Shown here one piece after another: positions 24,867 to 38,020 of a stretch of DNA of 64,000 nt. A program made the translations under genes and the position numbers. How positions within the stretch are numbered: the first letter of the stretch is position 1; each line of letters begins with the position of its first letter. Origin of the DNA: Lama glama (Eukaryota); NCBI GenBank assembly GCA_028534125.1, contig CM052823.1:9796001-9860000 (forward strand), in the 5' to 3' direction. Under the pieces are notes generated by a model. That model saw only the letters and a list, made by a program, of their open reading frames with translations, searched no databases and was not told the DNA's origin.

Positions 24867-27129
24867 TTTTAGAATGTCATTCAGGGTGGTGGAGAGGTGA
24901 GAGTGGGAAATGGGCCTTGGGCAGAAGCTTGAGGGTAGAGAGGAAGGGACAGATGCACAAATGCTGTGGCCACCTGAGCTGCAGGATGGAGGACCAAGAG
25001 AGGGGAGGAAGGATGCACCTGTGGTTTCTAATTAGAGTGATGAGAGGGTACTGTGATGCTGTGAATATAGATGGGTGACAATACGGAGAGGGTATGAGTC
25101 AGTAAGTCTTGTGGGCTGTGGCCACGCACCTGGTACCCAAGAGGACAGACCTGCCTGGCTCAAATGTGAATCAGCCTGCTTCAGAGAGGGCTGGATTATA
25201 CCAGAGCCAGGGACTCAAGAGTCCTGGAGCGGTCAAGAGAGCTGACATCTATTGTTTTTGCCGGTTCTCCTTGGGGGAACACCCCCTCCCCTGTCTGTAT
25301 GATGTGAGTGGGGCTAGTCCCTCTCCAGAGCAAGGTTGGCTCACAGACAGGTAAATGGACCAATCAGAGTCAACCTCAGGAATTTGGGGGAAGGAGAAGC
25401 TTTCTTTCTGCTAAACCTGAAAGTGCTAAAAGGCAGGCTGTGACTTTCCAGGGCCCCCATACAGGGTCTTCATCTCTTCCAACCAAAGTCCTAACTCATC
25501 CAGCTGCTATTAGACTGAAACCCAGAAGGGCAGAGGCCTTGACCTTAGAATCGTGTGTGACAAAGTGTCCATCCCAAAGGATTATTTGATGAACGGCCTA
25601 GTCCAAAGCATTTGCATCCATTTTATTTATCTCTAGAGGTCTGAGCCCCAGTCCTGAGCCTCACCAAATGCGTGATCTTCGAGGAGTCACTGCTCTCTGG
25701 GACCCACCTTCCTTATCTGTAATGAGAGAGCTGGACGAGAGAAGTGCGTCTCCATCTGAGGGGGATGCTCAGAGTTCGCCTGTGGGGGGCTCCAGCCCAC
25801 ACGCACTGAGTGAACATGAAGGGCACATGTGCAAACAGAAGAATGTCTAGAAGTTTGTCTGTGGATGCATTAATCAAACGACTAAATTCGCAGTCATTTT
25901 TGGTCACTCTGTTTTCTCAGTTTGCAATACAGTATCTCTTGGTGCCATGTCCTCCACCTCCACCCAGAGGCCTCATGGGCAACGTGAACCTTTCACTGCC
26001 TTCAAATTCTTGTCCACCACTTACTAGTGCTCTGGCCTTGGGCAAGGTCCTTAACTTGCTAGGTGTATGTCTCCTATCCGTGAAGCAGGCATAATGTTAG
26101 TCCCTACCTCTTAGGCTTGTTCTGAACATGGAGCAAGGTGGCCTATGTAACCGTGGGGAAGAGGGCCCAGCACACAGCACGGGCTTCAGACAGCCAAGGA
26201 GGCTGGGGTGACTGGAAGGGATGCCGGCGCCTTCTGGAGCTGGTGATATTTTGTTTCTTGACCCGGTGCTGGTGACATGGGTACAGTTTGGGGGAATGTG
26301 TTCTAAGTCCATCTCCCTGTATGCTAGCCTTCAATAAAAAGTTCTAAAACCCAACATGCTCCAACTAGAAAGACAGAAGGTCAGCAGCAGCTGCAGAGCT
26401 CCCAATAATGAAAATATTTAAAGTATTTGCATTTTCTATCCCCTGCTCCTCCATCTCTGTGCCTAACAGCCTCACAGGGCTTCTAGGTTTGTTCAGCTCT
26501 GCAGAAAACAGGCTCCCTGGGAAACAGCGCCGGCACCCACCGCGCCTCCTGCCCCAGCCCTTACCCCAGGCCCATTCCTCCATCCAGTTGCTCAACATCG
26601 CCTCCTCTTAGAACCAGGAGTTGCTGATGTCAGCTTGCTGGACCTCTTCGTGTCTTAGTGACCCTGGCCGATAAGGGAAAGGCTCGAGGAGACTGAACTT
26701 TATTCAGAATTGGCTGGGGAGCTGTTTTCCATAAGCTGTCCTGACCCAGCCCCACCTCGGTCTACAGAAAGCCCAGCCAAAGCCCCACTCACGCTCGGTT
26801 CACCCCCTTCACCCCAAAGACTCAGCCATGTGGTCCTCAGGCCAGATGTCCTTTCCTGCAGCTTCTTTTCTCAGAAAACTCCAGCCCCTAGGATGCTCTG
26901 TTTAGTCCTGATGATAATGCCTTGTAATTCACATGTACTGGAATCAAAGTCCCCCACATTCTCACAGGAGGAAAAGGCATACATCAATCTGCCCTAAGTT
27001 TCCCATGGGGAAGCTCCCTGTTGGGAGAACAGGTGTAGATTAAGCTGCTCCAGGACAACAGACGAGGTCAAACAATGGGGGTTCACCCCCACCAGAGAAG
27101 TAAAGGCATCAACATTTGTAAGTTATTAT

Positions 27130-27310
27130 TTTACTTAATCCTAATTACCATCTGAAGGGTAGGTCTTATTATTCCCATTTGGTAGATGAGAAAACTGAGG
27201 CTCAGAAAGGCCAAGAGTTGCCTAAGGCCATCCAGCCTGTAAGCAGGAGAGCCAGAACTCATCCTCAGCCAGACTGGCCTGGCTCCAACGCCTGGAGTTT
27301 TTCCACCTTG
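27130..27310. mobile_element. MIR SINE (representative; similar MIR cores near 1270, 6415, 9290, 9740, 15450, 16965, 26020, 30070, 41880, 42930, 45640, 50230, 51140, 59310, 61100)
   Basis: MIR core attattcccatttggtagatgagaaaactgaggctcagaaagg…cctaaggcca. Confidence 0.8.
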
Positions 27311-27745
27311 GCTCACGCCTCACAGAGCTCATCTTAAAACATGAGCCCACCTAGAAAGCTTCCATAACATAAACTCACACGCCTGCAGAGATAGGAAAGC
27401 TTTAGCTGCACTTTCCAGCGCACAGGCACTTACTGCTTGCTATTCTGCGATACTCAAGTAAATAATGAAGGAAGCCACTTCCTTAAACAAATAAACCCAG
27501 AAGACTCAATTTAACCACAACAAACACAAGAATAGATTCTAATCCCAGGTCAATATAATCACCCTCTTTTTCCTTCCATCCTGACTCATCTCCCCTCGTG
27601 GATGCAAAACAAAACACATACTCTTGCAGCAGCAACAAGCACACACATCTCCCCTATGAGCATCCCACGGCAATCCAGCACTTCTGCTCATTGGAAATCA
27701 TTTCTGCTTGAATCCACACTAGGAACAAGTCTAGCCCCCTCCCCC

Positions 27746-27773
27746 AACACACACACACACACACACACACACA
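27746..27773 (+). repeat. (AC)n microsatellite
   Basis: About 13-14 consecutive AC units. Confidence 0.95.
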
Positions 27774-28854
27774 CCTCTCCATATTCCTCTACCTTCAATG
27801 TATCCGATCCCTCTGCAAACTGATTCTAATGCTGTAACCAATCCTTAATGCTGGAAACCACTGAAGTGAGGTCTGTACTAAATAATCGCTGGTTCACCAT
27901 CTTGATCGTTCAGGTGCTGATGAAAAAGCTCCCACTTGAATGTTCACTTTTACCTCTTTGTTACAAACACAAACAGCAACTAAACCCCGTTTTAGATCCT
28001 GTCATTTCTCTGGAGGAGATGCAACTTTCAGCTGTAAGGCTAACTGATCGATCTGGTCTACCTGGCAAAGAACACATTATCCCTGAGGCTTTGCAGAAAC
28101 TTCTGCAATAGTTGAGTATAGGACACAGAAAGGTTAGGTAACCTACCCACAGTCACACAGCAATGGCAAAGTACGGGTATGTACCCAGGTGGTCAGCACC
28201 TCATCATTACAGTGCACTCCTTTCTGCTCAGGGAGACAGACATGCACAGGACCCACAGCACCAAGCTCAATATTGGTTTTTTCCTCCACTTCTTTTACAT
28301 TTATGTTTAAATTTACACAACTCACTCTGTTCTAACATGGTCACTGAACTGACGTTCTGACAAGCCCAGAGTGAAGCTTTTACAAACATGTTCTTTTAAA
28401 AACGCAATTATTTCCCAAAGAAAAAGAGCTGTCAGTCAACTACGTATTAGTATAAATTAGCCCAATCTGCTTTACCTCTCAGCTTTACCGGACATCAGCA
28501 GCACTGAAAACGAGTGGTATGGCTGAGGAGAAGGAAAGCACGTAATGCAGGAACAGAGCGTATGTGGAGGGCGTAGGCGTGCAGTGCCCACATGGAGATT
28601 TTTAGCAGAGTCTGCAGAGAAGAGCATTAGAAGGATGTAAATGAAGTCAATGAGAGAAGATGTCTATTTCAAATTTTGACAGAAAGCTGGCCCTAACTGT
28701 ATCCAGAAGAGTTGGGGGTGATTCTCCCTGATTTATCTGAGGTTCTGTTTTTCCAGGACCTCAAAATTCCAATTGGTGCTCTTTGAGCTTTATACAGTCT
28801 GCTGTTTTGAACTAATTTTATGTGTGTGGTGTGGGGGGGGGGGGGCTATTATTC

Positions 28855-29225
28855 ACCACTGCATGGTGGTAGAGATGCTAGAGGCAAAGCTTCCCAAAGA
28901 TTCGTTCTCCCTTCCACGGCACCGGGTTACCGCTGGTATAATCAGCTGCCCAGCCAGAGGACTTCACCAGCTGGACCACAAGTGCCATATGTCACTCCTG
29001 TTCCAAAATGCTTCAGAAGCCGGCTTCTCAACCCTCTCCCACCCTCCACAGGTGCCCTGGAGGCCATATGAAGATGGCAGAGTGGAGGTGGAAGGAGCCT
29101 GGATCCCTGTGTCACCACCTGGAAGGCTCCCTTCGGAACACTCACACTGGCTTGTTATGAAAGTAAAAAAATCTCTGGAATGAAGCTAAGATTTGGGGCA
29201 TTTCTCAGTTACTGTTGTGATTATT
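28855..29225 (+). mobile_element. Old MaLR LTR (MLT1H-K-like)
   Basis: ggaggccatatgaagatggcagag…gagcctggatccctg…aagctaagatttgggg. Confidence 0.55.
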
Positions 29226-30469
29226 ATCTTAACCTCCAAAGGAATAATATTTTCTGATTTTCCAAACATAAGCTCTCAAATGGTGTAGAAGTATGCATCT
29301 ATATGATCTTGTTGGGTATTTTGTTTGTGGTCTGTGGACCACATTAGGTGATGTGAAGGATCTGGGATGCTCTTCATGGCTGTTCCCAAGGATATAAACC
29401 CAGGAGAGGGAAAAAGTCTTTGATATGTAACTCAGTGTATTTCAGGACCATCACAATTTAGTGGGTGGCCACACAAAATTAAGTTGTGAGCACACTTAGC
29501 ACTCAATAATCTTGCCTGCCTCACAGAGGTATTTTTAGAAGCCAGGGTAACTAATTTTATGTCTTGCTTTTGACATACATTTGCTTATTCTGGGGAAAAG
29601 GAATGTTGTTCAGCTTTGCCCTTGTACCTTGAGAGAAGAGTATAAGTTGACCAATGTTACCCGAGAAACACAATCAGCAAACTATAAAGTCCATAAATGT
29701 TGTGGAACATATCCCATTGCTTTTAGTGGCCCATCACCAAGGAAATCAGTCAATTAGGCCAAGATGAATTTGAGTGTGTTTGTCTCATACTTCTTTTACT
29801 TTCGTGAGCACTGGTATTTAGAGGAAAACAGAATGAGTTTTGTTATTAGCAGGTATATTTGACTTTTGTCAGATCTGCCTCCCAGGAAAAGGCTGAAGCA
29901 TTTTGTGAAGAGGGGTGTGAGCATATTAGTCCACACTTGCAGGGCTGAGATGTCTCCCTGCCCACCCCCACTCCACTCCCATGTTTCATTTCTATGGAAT
30001 CATCTGCCTGGCTGGAGAGACACAAATCCTGAGGGTACTGCAGCATTAGTAGCAACTCAGGAAGGGCACAGAGAGGTTAGGTAACTAGTCCAAGGTCACA
30101 CAGTAAGGGGCACATTTGGGATTTGAACTCAGGAAGTCTGTGTGTTGAACATAATCTCTTTACCACTACATAACACTACCTCTGCTCAGGGGGATGGGTC
30201 TTCCAAAGGACTGCCTTTGCAAAGTCTTCCATAACTCTCTCAAGTACATGGAAGACTCCTGCTAGTCTTTCTGTAATTTGCACACACATCCACTGTGGCC
30301 ACTGTCACATTGTACTGTGATTGGTTTTCTGTCTGACTCCACATTCAGGCTGTACTATCCCATAGGGTGTCTAGAATTAGAAAAAAGTGTCCCTTCCTCA
30401 AGACATTTTGCTTCCATCTACTGGAATATTCTCATGATAAAGGGACAAATCAACAGTGTCTCTGATTCA

Positions 30470-30526
30470 AATGGCGCCCTCTAGGGCTGTGCAGTGCACA
30501 ACCTGCACAGCTGTACACAGTGATCT
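30470..30526. mobile_element. MER91-like hAT fragment carrying a CTCF motif
   Basis: ggcgccctctagggctgtgcagtgcacaacctgcacagctgtac matches the recalled MER91 terminus. Confidence 0.6.
30473..30489 (-). promoter_or_regulatory. Candidate CTCF site in a MER91-like element
   Basis: Reverse strand reads caGCCCTAGAGGGCGCC. Motif evidence only. Confidence 0.45.
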
Positions 30527-33500
30527 ACTACCGGACTGTGAGCACAAGTTCCTTGAGGACAGTCTATTTTCCCATTTGGTGCCGCCAGCTCCTAACGCAG
30601 CGCCAGGCACACAATAGATTTTTGTTGACTTGATTTGCAATTGTTGCTGGCTAACTCAATTCTGAGAGGCAGGTGGTTTCTGACTCTGCTCCAAGACTGA
30701 GGGATGAGGCTACAGTCTTTTCTCTTGATTGTTTCCCCCTGTCCTGCTGGTGGGAAATCAAGGACTTGTGCTGACCAGCTGGACACCTATGTGAGTTCCT
30801 TCCTCTCAGGGAAGTGGAGACTCTTTCTAAACAACCATTTCCACCGGGGCTTTCACTCCCACTTCCCAATTTCTCCTCTCAAGTGGGCACCAGCAGGAGT
30901 GCCGATGAGATTTGACTCCTTCCTCAAGCCAACAGCTCCTCAAACATGCCTGTTTACACCAGGCATCGAGAATTTTGACAAAAGCACGTTCTAACTTGCA
31001 TTTGCAAAGTATGCATCTCCCACTAACCACCCAAGCCCATGGGAAAAAAAAGAAAAGGCAAAGGTACCAGGAGGCCCAGGTTCTCAGGTTGCTTTCAGGG
31101 CTGTCAGAGGAAGCGAATTAACTTCGTATCCCTGTAGCTCATTATGACATGCTCTCATCATAGAGACGACTATGTGCTCAATTACCTACTGCTGAATACT
31201 TCTCCAGGAAGGGCCCTCCCAACGACCTGGGCTTCACAGCTGTGGGGGAAAGGAACTGCAATTCTGCGTGGTCCAAAGGAGGTGACTGTGGCCAGAGCGC
31301 CCTAGTCAAGCCCTGTGGTCTTCTCTCCCTTGTGTGCACCTGCCCTCTGGCTGGGTGTGTGCTTCCCCCAGTTCTGAGCCAACATCTTCTGATTTTCTTC
31401 CAGTTTATCAAGGTACAGATCATGAATAGAACCCCACCAGTTCCAACATATTGGTACTTTATTTAAAATTGTGCCTCACCCTCTATTCTTCCCCGACTCC
31501 CACCTCCAAGGTTCAAAGCGAGTTTTCCTTCCCTGCAAAGCTTTCTTTAGACCACATTCAACTCTCTTCTCTAGCTACCTTTGCAATTAATAAATTTCAG
31601 CGCAGTTGTTTGAATTAACCAGGGTGACAGAAACTCCCACCAGGAGAATGTTCTAGAGGCACAAGGGGACCAGGGACTAGCTCAGCTCCACTGCAGAGCA
31701 AAGCCTGGCAGCCAGCTGAGGTCCAGCCCCAATAGTTCACCAGTGTCAAGGCAGAGATAAGTAACTAAAGATGCTTCAAGATTTCATGCTTGCTCCCAGA
31801 AGGCAATAAAATGTCTCTCAGTCTAAACATGGGGCAACGTTGAATTCAGAAGTCCACGCTATGAAATACTGATTTCTTCCTTTGGTAACACCTTGCATAT
31901 GAAAAGTAACAGTAGTATCAAGTTATTTCCTATCCAAAATTTGTGAATATCCAACTGCCTGTTCCTAATTTCTTTTAGATATATTTGTTCCACACTTTCT
32001 GGAGAAAAGAAACATCAGATCCAGCTGTCACTCATCTGAACCGTTTATATTCATCAGACCAAATGAGAAGAAAATCAAGGTGAGATTCAGCCACCACACA
32101 AGCAAGTTTATGGCAATTTAGACCCCACAGAGTGACATTTTTAACTCAGTGCGCATGAAATTAACAACATGTTGTCTTCTGAGAACCAGGGTCTAGATAA
32201 CTCTGCATTCTACTGAAACTGCATTTTACAATCAGTTGAGGCCTGAAGAAATTAGCAGGGCTCTCCGCAGGTAGTTCATGAGTGTGCAGGCATTTAAATG
32301 TCATCTAACTAGGCTGAACAGAATTAGGCTGTCGGAGTTGTTAATTAAGATCCTAGATCTTGCTGGAACCCCCTGAAGTAGGCTACCTGATCATCCTTGA
32401 ACACCGGACAGTGACTGAGCCTGTCGCCAGGTTTCCAGGCACGGCTCCTGCCCAGTAGGACCTCCCCATGAGGAAGCGGCAGGCTTTGAGCAGGGAAGGG
32501 CCCCCCTGCAAGGAGACAAGTGTCCCTCATGTGGCAGCTTGGCCCAGCGTAGCCCACTGTCTCGGGGGTGATTCATGCCCAAACAAGCATAGAAACTCCC
32601 CCGCCCCCTTGGTGAGCATCAGCGGGGTATGTCTGAGCCCATCAGGTGGGACAGGTGTGAGGGAACCTGTCCGAGCAGCCCCAGATTGGTTGGGGGTCCT
32701 GGGAAGCAAGATAGTGAGGCTAACGGGCCTTTTCTTAGGACATGGAAAATTTCAGGGAGGAGGAGATGTCAGTAAAGCGGGCCTTTGTGTCCTTCCCCAC
32801 CTCTCCCTCCCGTCTCCGACAGGCCTACAGGTCTCCCTCCAAAACGGTTCTCACATGCCCACCTCCCTGATGCTGCCAGACTCTCCTCTTTCTGGCCCCG
32901 CTGTGGTTGTGCCTGGCCACCCCACCAAGGCCCTTGGTGGCCCCTGCTGTCCTGGGGACAGAGCCATCCTCAGTGTGGCACTGAACTACCCTTCTGTTGC
33001 TCAATGGCTTCTGATTGTAAAAAATTTACCAACCACAGTGGCCCACCTGCATGTTTCCACCAACTTACATGCAAACAGCAGGGATGTTTAGGAAACGGAA
33101 ACAAGGCCTATACTGGTGTGTGGCCCCAAAGGGGATGACAGCAGGGACCCGTCCTTCTCACGGCTCAGCCAGGGCCTGGGTGGAGGGGCTGTGACAGAGG
33201 AGGCATGAATGCCGCCCCCAGCTCAGCGTTCAGCTCTGTTGGTCCTGATTTTGGGTGTGTGGCTTGTTCTCAAAGAGGAGAGGTCAGGCTGGGTTCTCCG
33301 TGACCTGCATCAAGCTTTCTGACCCAGACCACGCTGGAGCCAAAGCCTACATCTTCTATGAATCCTAAATAGCCATATGTCCCTTGCTTCTATTTTTAGG
33401 GTGAGAAAAATAACAGAGGTAGGAAAAGCCTCTCTACCAGCTGGGTTCTTCCTTTACTTTTATCAAATCCCAACTGGCGACGTTAGACAATCACAAAGAG

Positions 33501-35660
33501 AACTTTCAAGAACACCCTTCATTCCTTCCAAAACTGTTGCCCTGGATAACAATTCCCGCCTTGCCAGCCTCTTCCCTTAGGGGGACTGCACCCCAAGCAT
33601 GATCGCTGCCCCCCACACAACCTCTGACCTCTACATCTGTGCTCACACACACCTCCCTGCACTCTCAGTTAAAATCCCCCTTGAACACAGAGCACCCCCA
33701 ACGCCGACCCAGGACGCTGGGGCAACGATTCTCACGCAGAACGTCTTCTGCCTCCAAGAAGAGGGGTAAGAGCCCTGGACTGAGAGTTAAGGAAGCTGCG
33801 CTCCCCCATCACAGATTTGTTTCCAAGCCGCAGAGAGACACCCAAATAGCTCCAGGCTGTGATCGCTCGTCAGTCACAGATGGTCACTCCACATGGTAAC
33901 TCAGGGACCCCTTCCAAAGCTGCAGCCACCAGCACCAGGCAGGAGGACAGGGAGCTGGGCACAGAGGGAGGCTAATTTTTCGTGGGATTCTGAGAACAGA
34001 CACCTCTGCACTCCAAATGCAATTCAGATTATCCGCTGTGACGTATTTCACACCACCCTCCAACCTCAGAGCGACTGGGAACCTCTGGTGTGAATTCTAC
34101 AGCAAAAGGGGAGGAGAACGTCCCCTTTCCCATGATGCTTCTCTATAGAAGACTTCATAAGCCGTCAAAACTCTGGAGATCAATAATACAGAAATGTATA
34201 CTTTCTACCTACCAGATGAAGACAAAATGCTATTAGCACCTTGAAAGCAGGAGTCAGAGGCTTGTCCATATTAGAACCCCTGGGGCACCACAGGATCCAG
34301 CATGGAGATGGTGCCTTATAACCCTCTATGCTATAGTAAGCCTCCAATTCTAATCCGTACACTGGTAAAAAGAGGGGGTATGGGTGGTGGGAGCATCATG
34401 AGCAGAGGCGGTGACAGAGATCCAGGAAGGTATTCAAAGGCCCCGTGACATCTGTCAACCTGGCATTGCACCTCAGCCGACTGCTGCACACACAGGGGAA
34501 AGAATTCTGACCATCAAGGAGGGACACGGTAAAGAGCAGACAAGTCAGGAAGCAGCAGAATACCAAAACGTACACGCTGTGTATACAACGTATCCCATCA
34601 CAGATGAAGAGTCAAGTAAACTGACTCTTAAGACAAAGAAGCCGTGGGTGTGTTTTTAAATACGACATTAAGTTGCAGCGTGATGCAGAAAGCCACATTC
34701 CTAGGTTTGGTCTCCATTCCTTTCCGTGGGTTTCCTGTACCCCAGCCCTTCTTTGATCAGGAACACAAGTTCTTAGACGTTTCACTTTTTATCTTTGACA
34801 CCATGGCCCACGAAGGAGGAATAAGAGCACGTGGGGCTCACCCAACCTCATCTGTCCCCACTATCCAGGCACAAGGGGTTTCATGATGACAGTGAAGCAT
34901 CACTGCCCAGCACATGTATACAAGGCTCAACCAAACTACTGGCAAATGAGACGCCAAAATTTGCAGATGTGGCAAAACTTGCCCTGTGATGCAAATAACT
35001 GACACCAAATGAAACTGGCAATGAAGCCAAACTAATAGTGATTCACTTATAAATGGAAAGCAAGAACAGCAGTGATTAAAAGCTATGACCATCTCAAGGT
35101 GATGGACAGAAGGTGCAGAGAGCCAGCTTCCTCCAAGTCAAAGAGAGTCCAACTCTCTCTGTGGATACACGGGTAGCTGGAACACAGCTGTACTGCCTGT
35201 TGCTGAGTGGAATCCAGACTTCTTACAGAACCTGCATGAGGGTCATCAAACTCTAGAAGCCTGATAATTTTAGTTTACAAATTAAAGAAAAAAAATCTTA
35301 GCAAAGCAATCCTTAATAGCTAGCTCAGGTAACAGTTACACTTCACAATTTCTGCAAGTTTTGGGAGCTAGTCCTATGTACATCATTTGCCCACAAGAAC
35401 CAGAGAGGATTTTTTACACCAGCCCTGGCATGACAGGAGGCCCTGTAAGTCCTGGGTTAAGCAGAAGACCCTGCTCTGAGAACTGCTGATCTAGGCACAC
35501 CTCGTGCATCACTGCACTATTGCAGGCAGTGGAGTTGGGAAGCCTGGCTTCCACTCATGGCAACTCACGGCAAGTTAAAAGTAGGGCAGCCAAGATTAAC
35601 TCTTCACACAACACACCTGAGCCCCCTTCGTCAGGCAGAAATGGCTGGCTGGCCCACCAC

Positions 35661-35750
35661 TTTTTTTTTTTATTGGAGGTTCGGGGGATTGAACCCAGGA
35701 CCTCATGCAGGCTAACCATGCACACTACACTGAGCTATACCCTCCCTCCG
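35661..35750 (-). mobile_element. tRNA-derived SINE (camelid vic-1-like), short-tail type
   Basis: Reverse strand reads GGGAGGGTATAGCTCAGTG…GGTCCTGGGTTCAATCCCC (A and B boxes) followed by poly-A. TSD ggcccaccactt at 35651 and 35751. Confidence 0.9.
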
Positions 35751-37519
35751 GGCCCACCACTTCTAAAGAAAATCAGAGGACAGTTTACAAACCTATCTGG
35801 GGTCAAGTTCAGAACTGCTGAGCTGCATTATCCATCCTGGAGGTCACTCAGACCCTCCCCACTACTGCATCCTTTTTTTTTCCCTCCTCGTCCTCCATTT
35901 TTCACTCTCGCTATCTGGCTTCCGAGTTGGGAGGGAATTACCCCGAACTCTAGTCTCAAAGCCTTTCTTAATTGGCATCTTGCTTTCTTTGGGTGGAGGG
36001 AGCCAGGAAATTTGCCCTGAAACAGAAAAGCCTGGAGTGATGGGGCATGATTTGGTATCTTCTTTCCCACTCTACCCATCAGTTACAATTTAACAACATT
36101 CACAGAGAATGTGTAAATGGCCTCTCCAATATCCTACACGATTGTGTAGTAAGTAGCTATTTATGGTTCAGAGTCGTTTTAAAGGTTACAGGAAGAATAA
36201 TGTGAATTTCTGCAGAAATAACACCATCTGATCCTAGTCTCTTTATGATTGTTTTGAACAAAATTTTATGTAGGGTTGTGTATTATGATAAAAACAGTAT
36301 TATAAGTGCAGTAATTTCCCATCTGGATGACCATTTTTAACTGCTTGCAGAAGCCTGTATTTCTTCTGCATTTTAACAACATTGCAAATGGATGTGACTT
36401 GCCCAAATCAAGGAAATCATTCTAATCTATAAAGGGAGAGAGAGAGAATGACACACTCCAAACTGTAAGACTTAAAGATCATGGAAAATCAGGAATCATG
36501 GCTTTGCCCCTAATCAAAAGCTTGTCTTGGATGAAACTAGATAGAAACCAGGACCACTTCCCTCGGTGTCTGACTGGCCCCTATCTCAGATGGCAAACAT
36601 CCACATGGGGCAAGTCCCCTGTACCCTCAGGGCTGCAGGGGACACTTGGTAATCCCAGGAAGGACAGCGGTAGAAACTCCTAGAACCTCCAAGCAGAAAC
36701 TGTTCCTTAGAAACCTGCAGATGGGGGGCTACTCACCGATAGTTTGGATTCTACAAGTGACGGAAAAGGAAAGTCAATCCTAACTGATCGTTTCTCCCTC
36801 TTACTCTTTGCCACCAACTCAGAGGGCTTTGCAATTCCTCCACTGAGAAGTCGGGGTGCCCACCTCCCATTCCAAGGCCTCCTCCAGCGGGTGGTACTAA
36901 AAGCGAACACTGGCTACCCAAACAGGGCATGAAAAGCAACCGACAAACTGAGTGCCCCGTTGCTGGAGGAGTTACTGGGAAAACAGGGCTGCTTCTGGCC
37001 ATGACCCAGAGCCGAGCGGCTGGTGCCCTGATATATAAACCAAAGGGTTGTTTGCGAAGGGTGGAAAACTGGCCCAGGATTCAAACAGAGCACGCAGGGC
37101 CCAGACATCCGGAAGGCAGACGGCAGGAAGATGGGACATCAAGATGAAATCAAGCAAGGCTGACAAAATCTAGAGACGTGGGAGAAAAGAAAGAAAATCT
37201 TTTGCATTTGTCTCGTCTTTCAATGATCTGAACATTATAAATGAGAAGATATTACCCACTGTATTTTTCAGATCAAGACATATTGGTGCTTTACACACTA
37301 ATCTCAAAATCCAGAAATCCTGCCTTATCTCTAGAAAATTACACTTTAAAGAGCCTCTGATAATGTTGAAAGTGGAGAATCAATAAAATTGATGGGGCAC
37401 GGGGCAGGAGGAAAGAGCAGTCTGAGAAAGGTGCCTTCTAGGAGTATCTCAGGGCTGGTGGTGGTGGTCCTGCCTGGGCTGGGCTCCACAGGAAGAGTGG
37501 GCAGAAAGGAGGACCTGGA

Positions 37520-38020
37520 CCCGGGGTCAAAAGAGTTGTCCTCCGGGGTCTCTCAGATGACTGCAGCCAGATGTTGGCTGAAGTTGCTGTCATCTGAAGG
37601 CTCGACTGGGCTTCACAGCCACAATATTGCATGCACATGGCTGGCAGGTGATGCTGGAAGTCGGCTGGGAAGCCAGCTGGGGCTGCTGGCCCACCAGAAC
37701 ACCTCCAGTGTCCCCTGCACTTAGACAGGGCGGACAACCAGTTCTCAGTGGTGGAAGCAATGCACCCTTCCAGGCCAAGGATGTCAAGCAGCAAGTACAT
37801 TTATCCCACTCTCTTCTTTCCCCATTCCCCAGATGAATATGTAAGGCCTAGAGAGCATCACAGAAGACACCTGGGTCCCCGAATGACCACGTGGAAGATG
37901 CCAGCAGCCAGGAACACACCCTGGCGTGCTACACGGTGAGAAGTAAGCCTTTACTGTGCTAAGACGCTGAAATTTGCGGGTCTGTCTGCCACACTAGCTG
38001 GCATCCTATCTAATAGTACA
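37520..38020. mobile_element. Old MaLR (MLT1) LTR fragments
   Basis: gtcatctgaaggctcgactggg…cacatggctggcagg (antisense-type) and ttactgtgctaagacgctgaaatttg…taatagtaca (sense 3' end). Confidence 0.5.

Noticed and set aside
32468-33091. 207-aa ORF
   Set aside because: No recognisable homology. ORFs of this length are expected occasionally in 64 kb of GC-rich intron.
36880-37130. TATA-like gatatataaacc in a mildly CpG-rich patch as an internal promoter
   Set aside because: Not a CpG island and no downstream exon or splice structure identified, so it cannot be supported from sequence alone.
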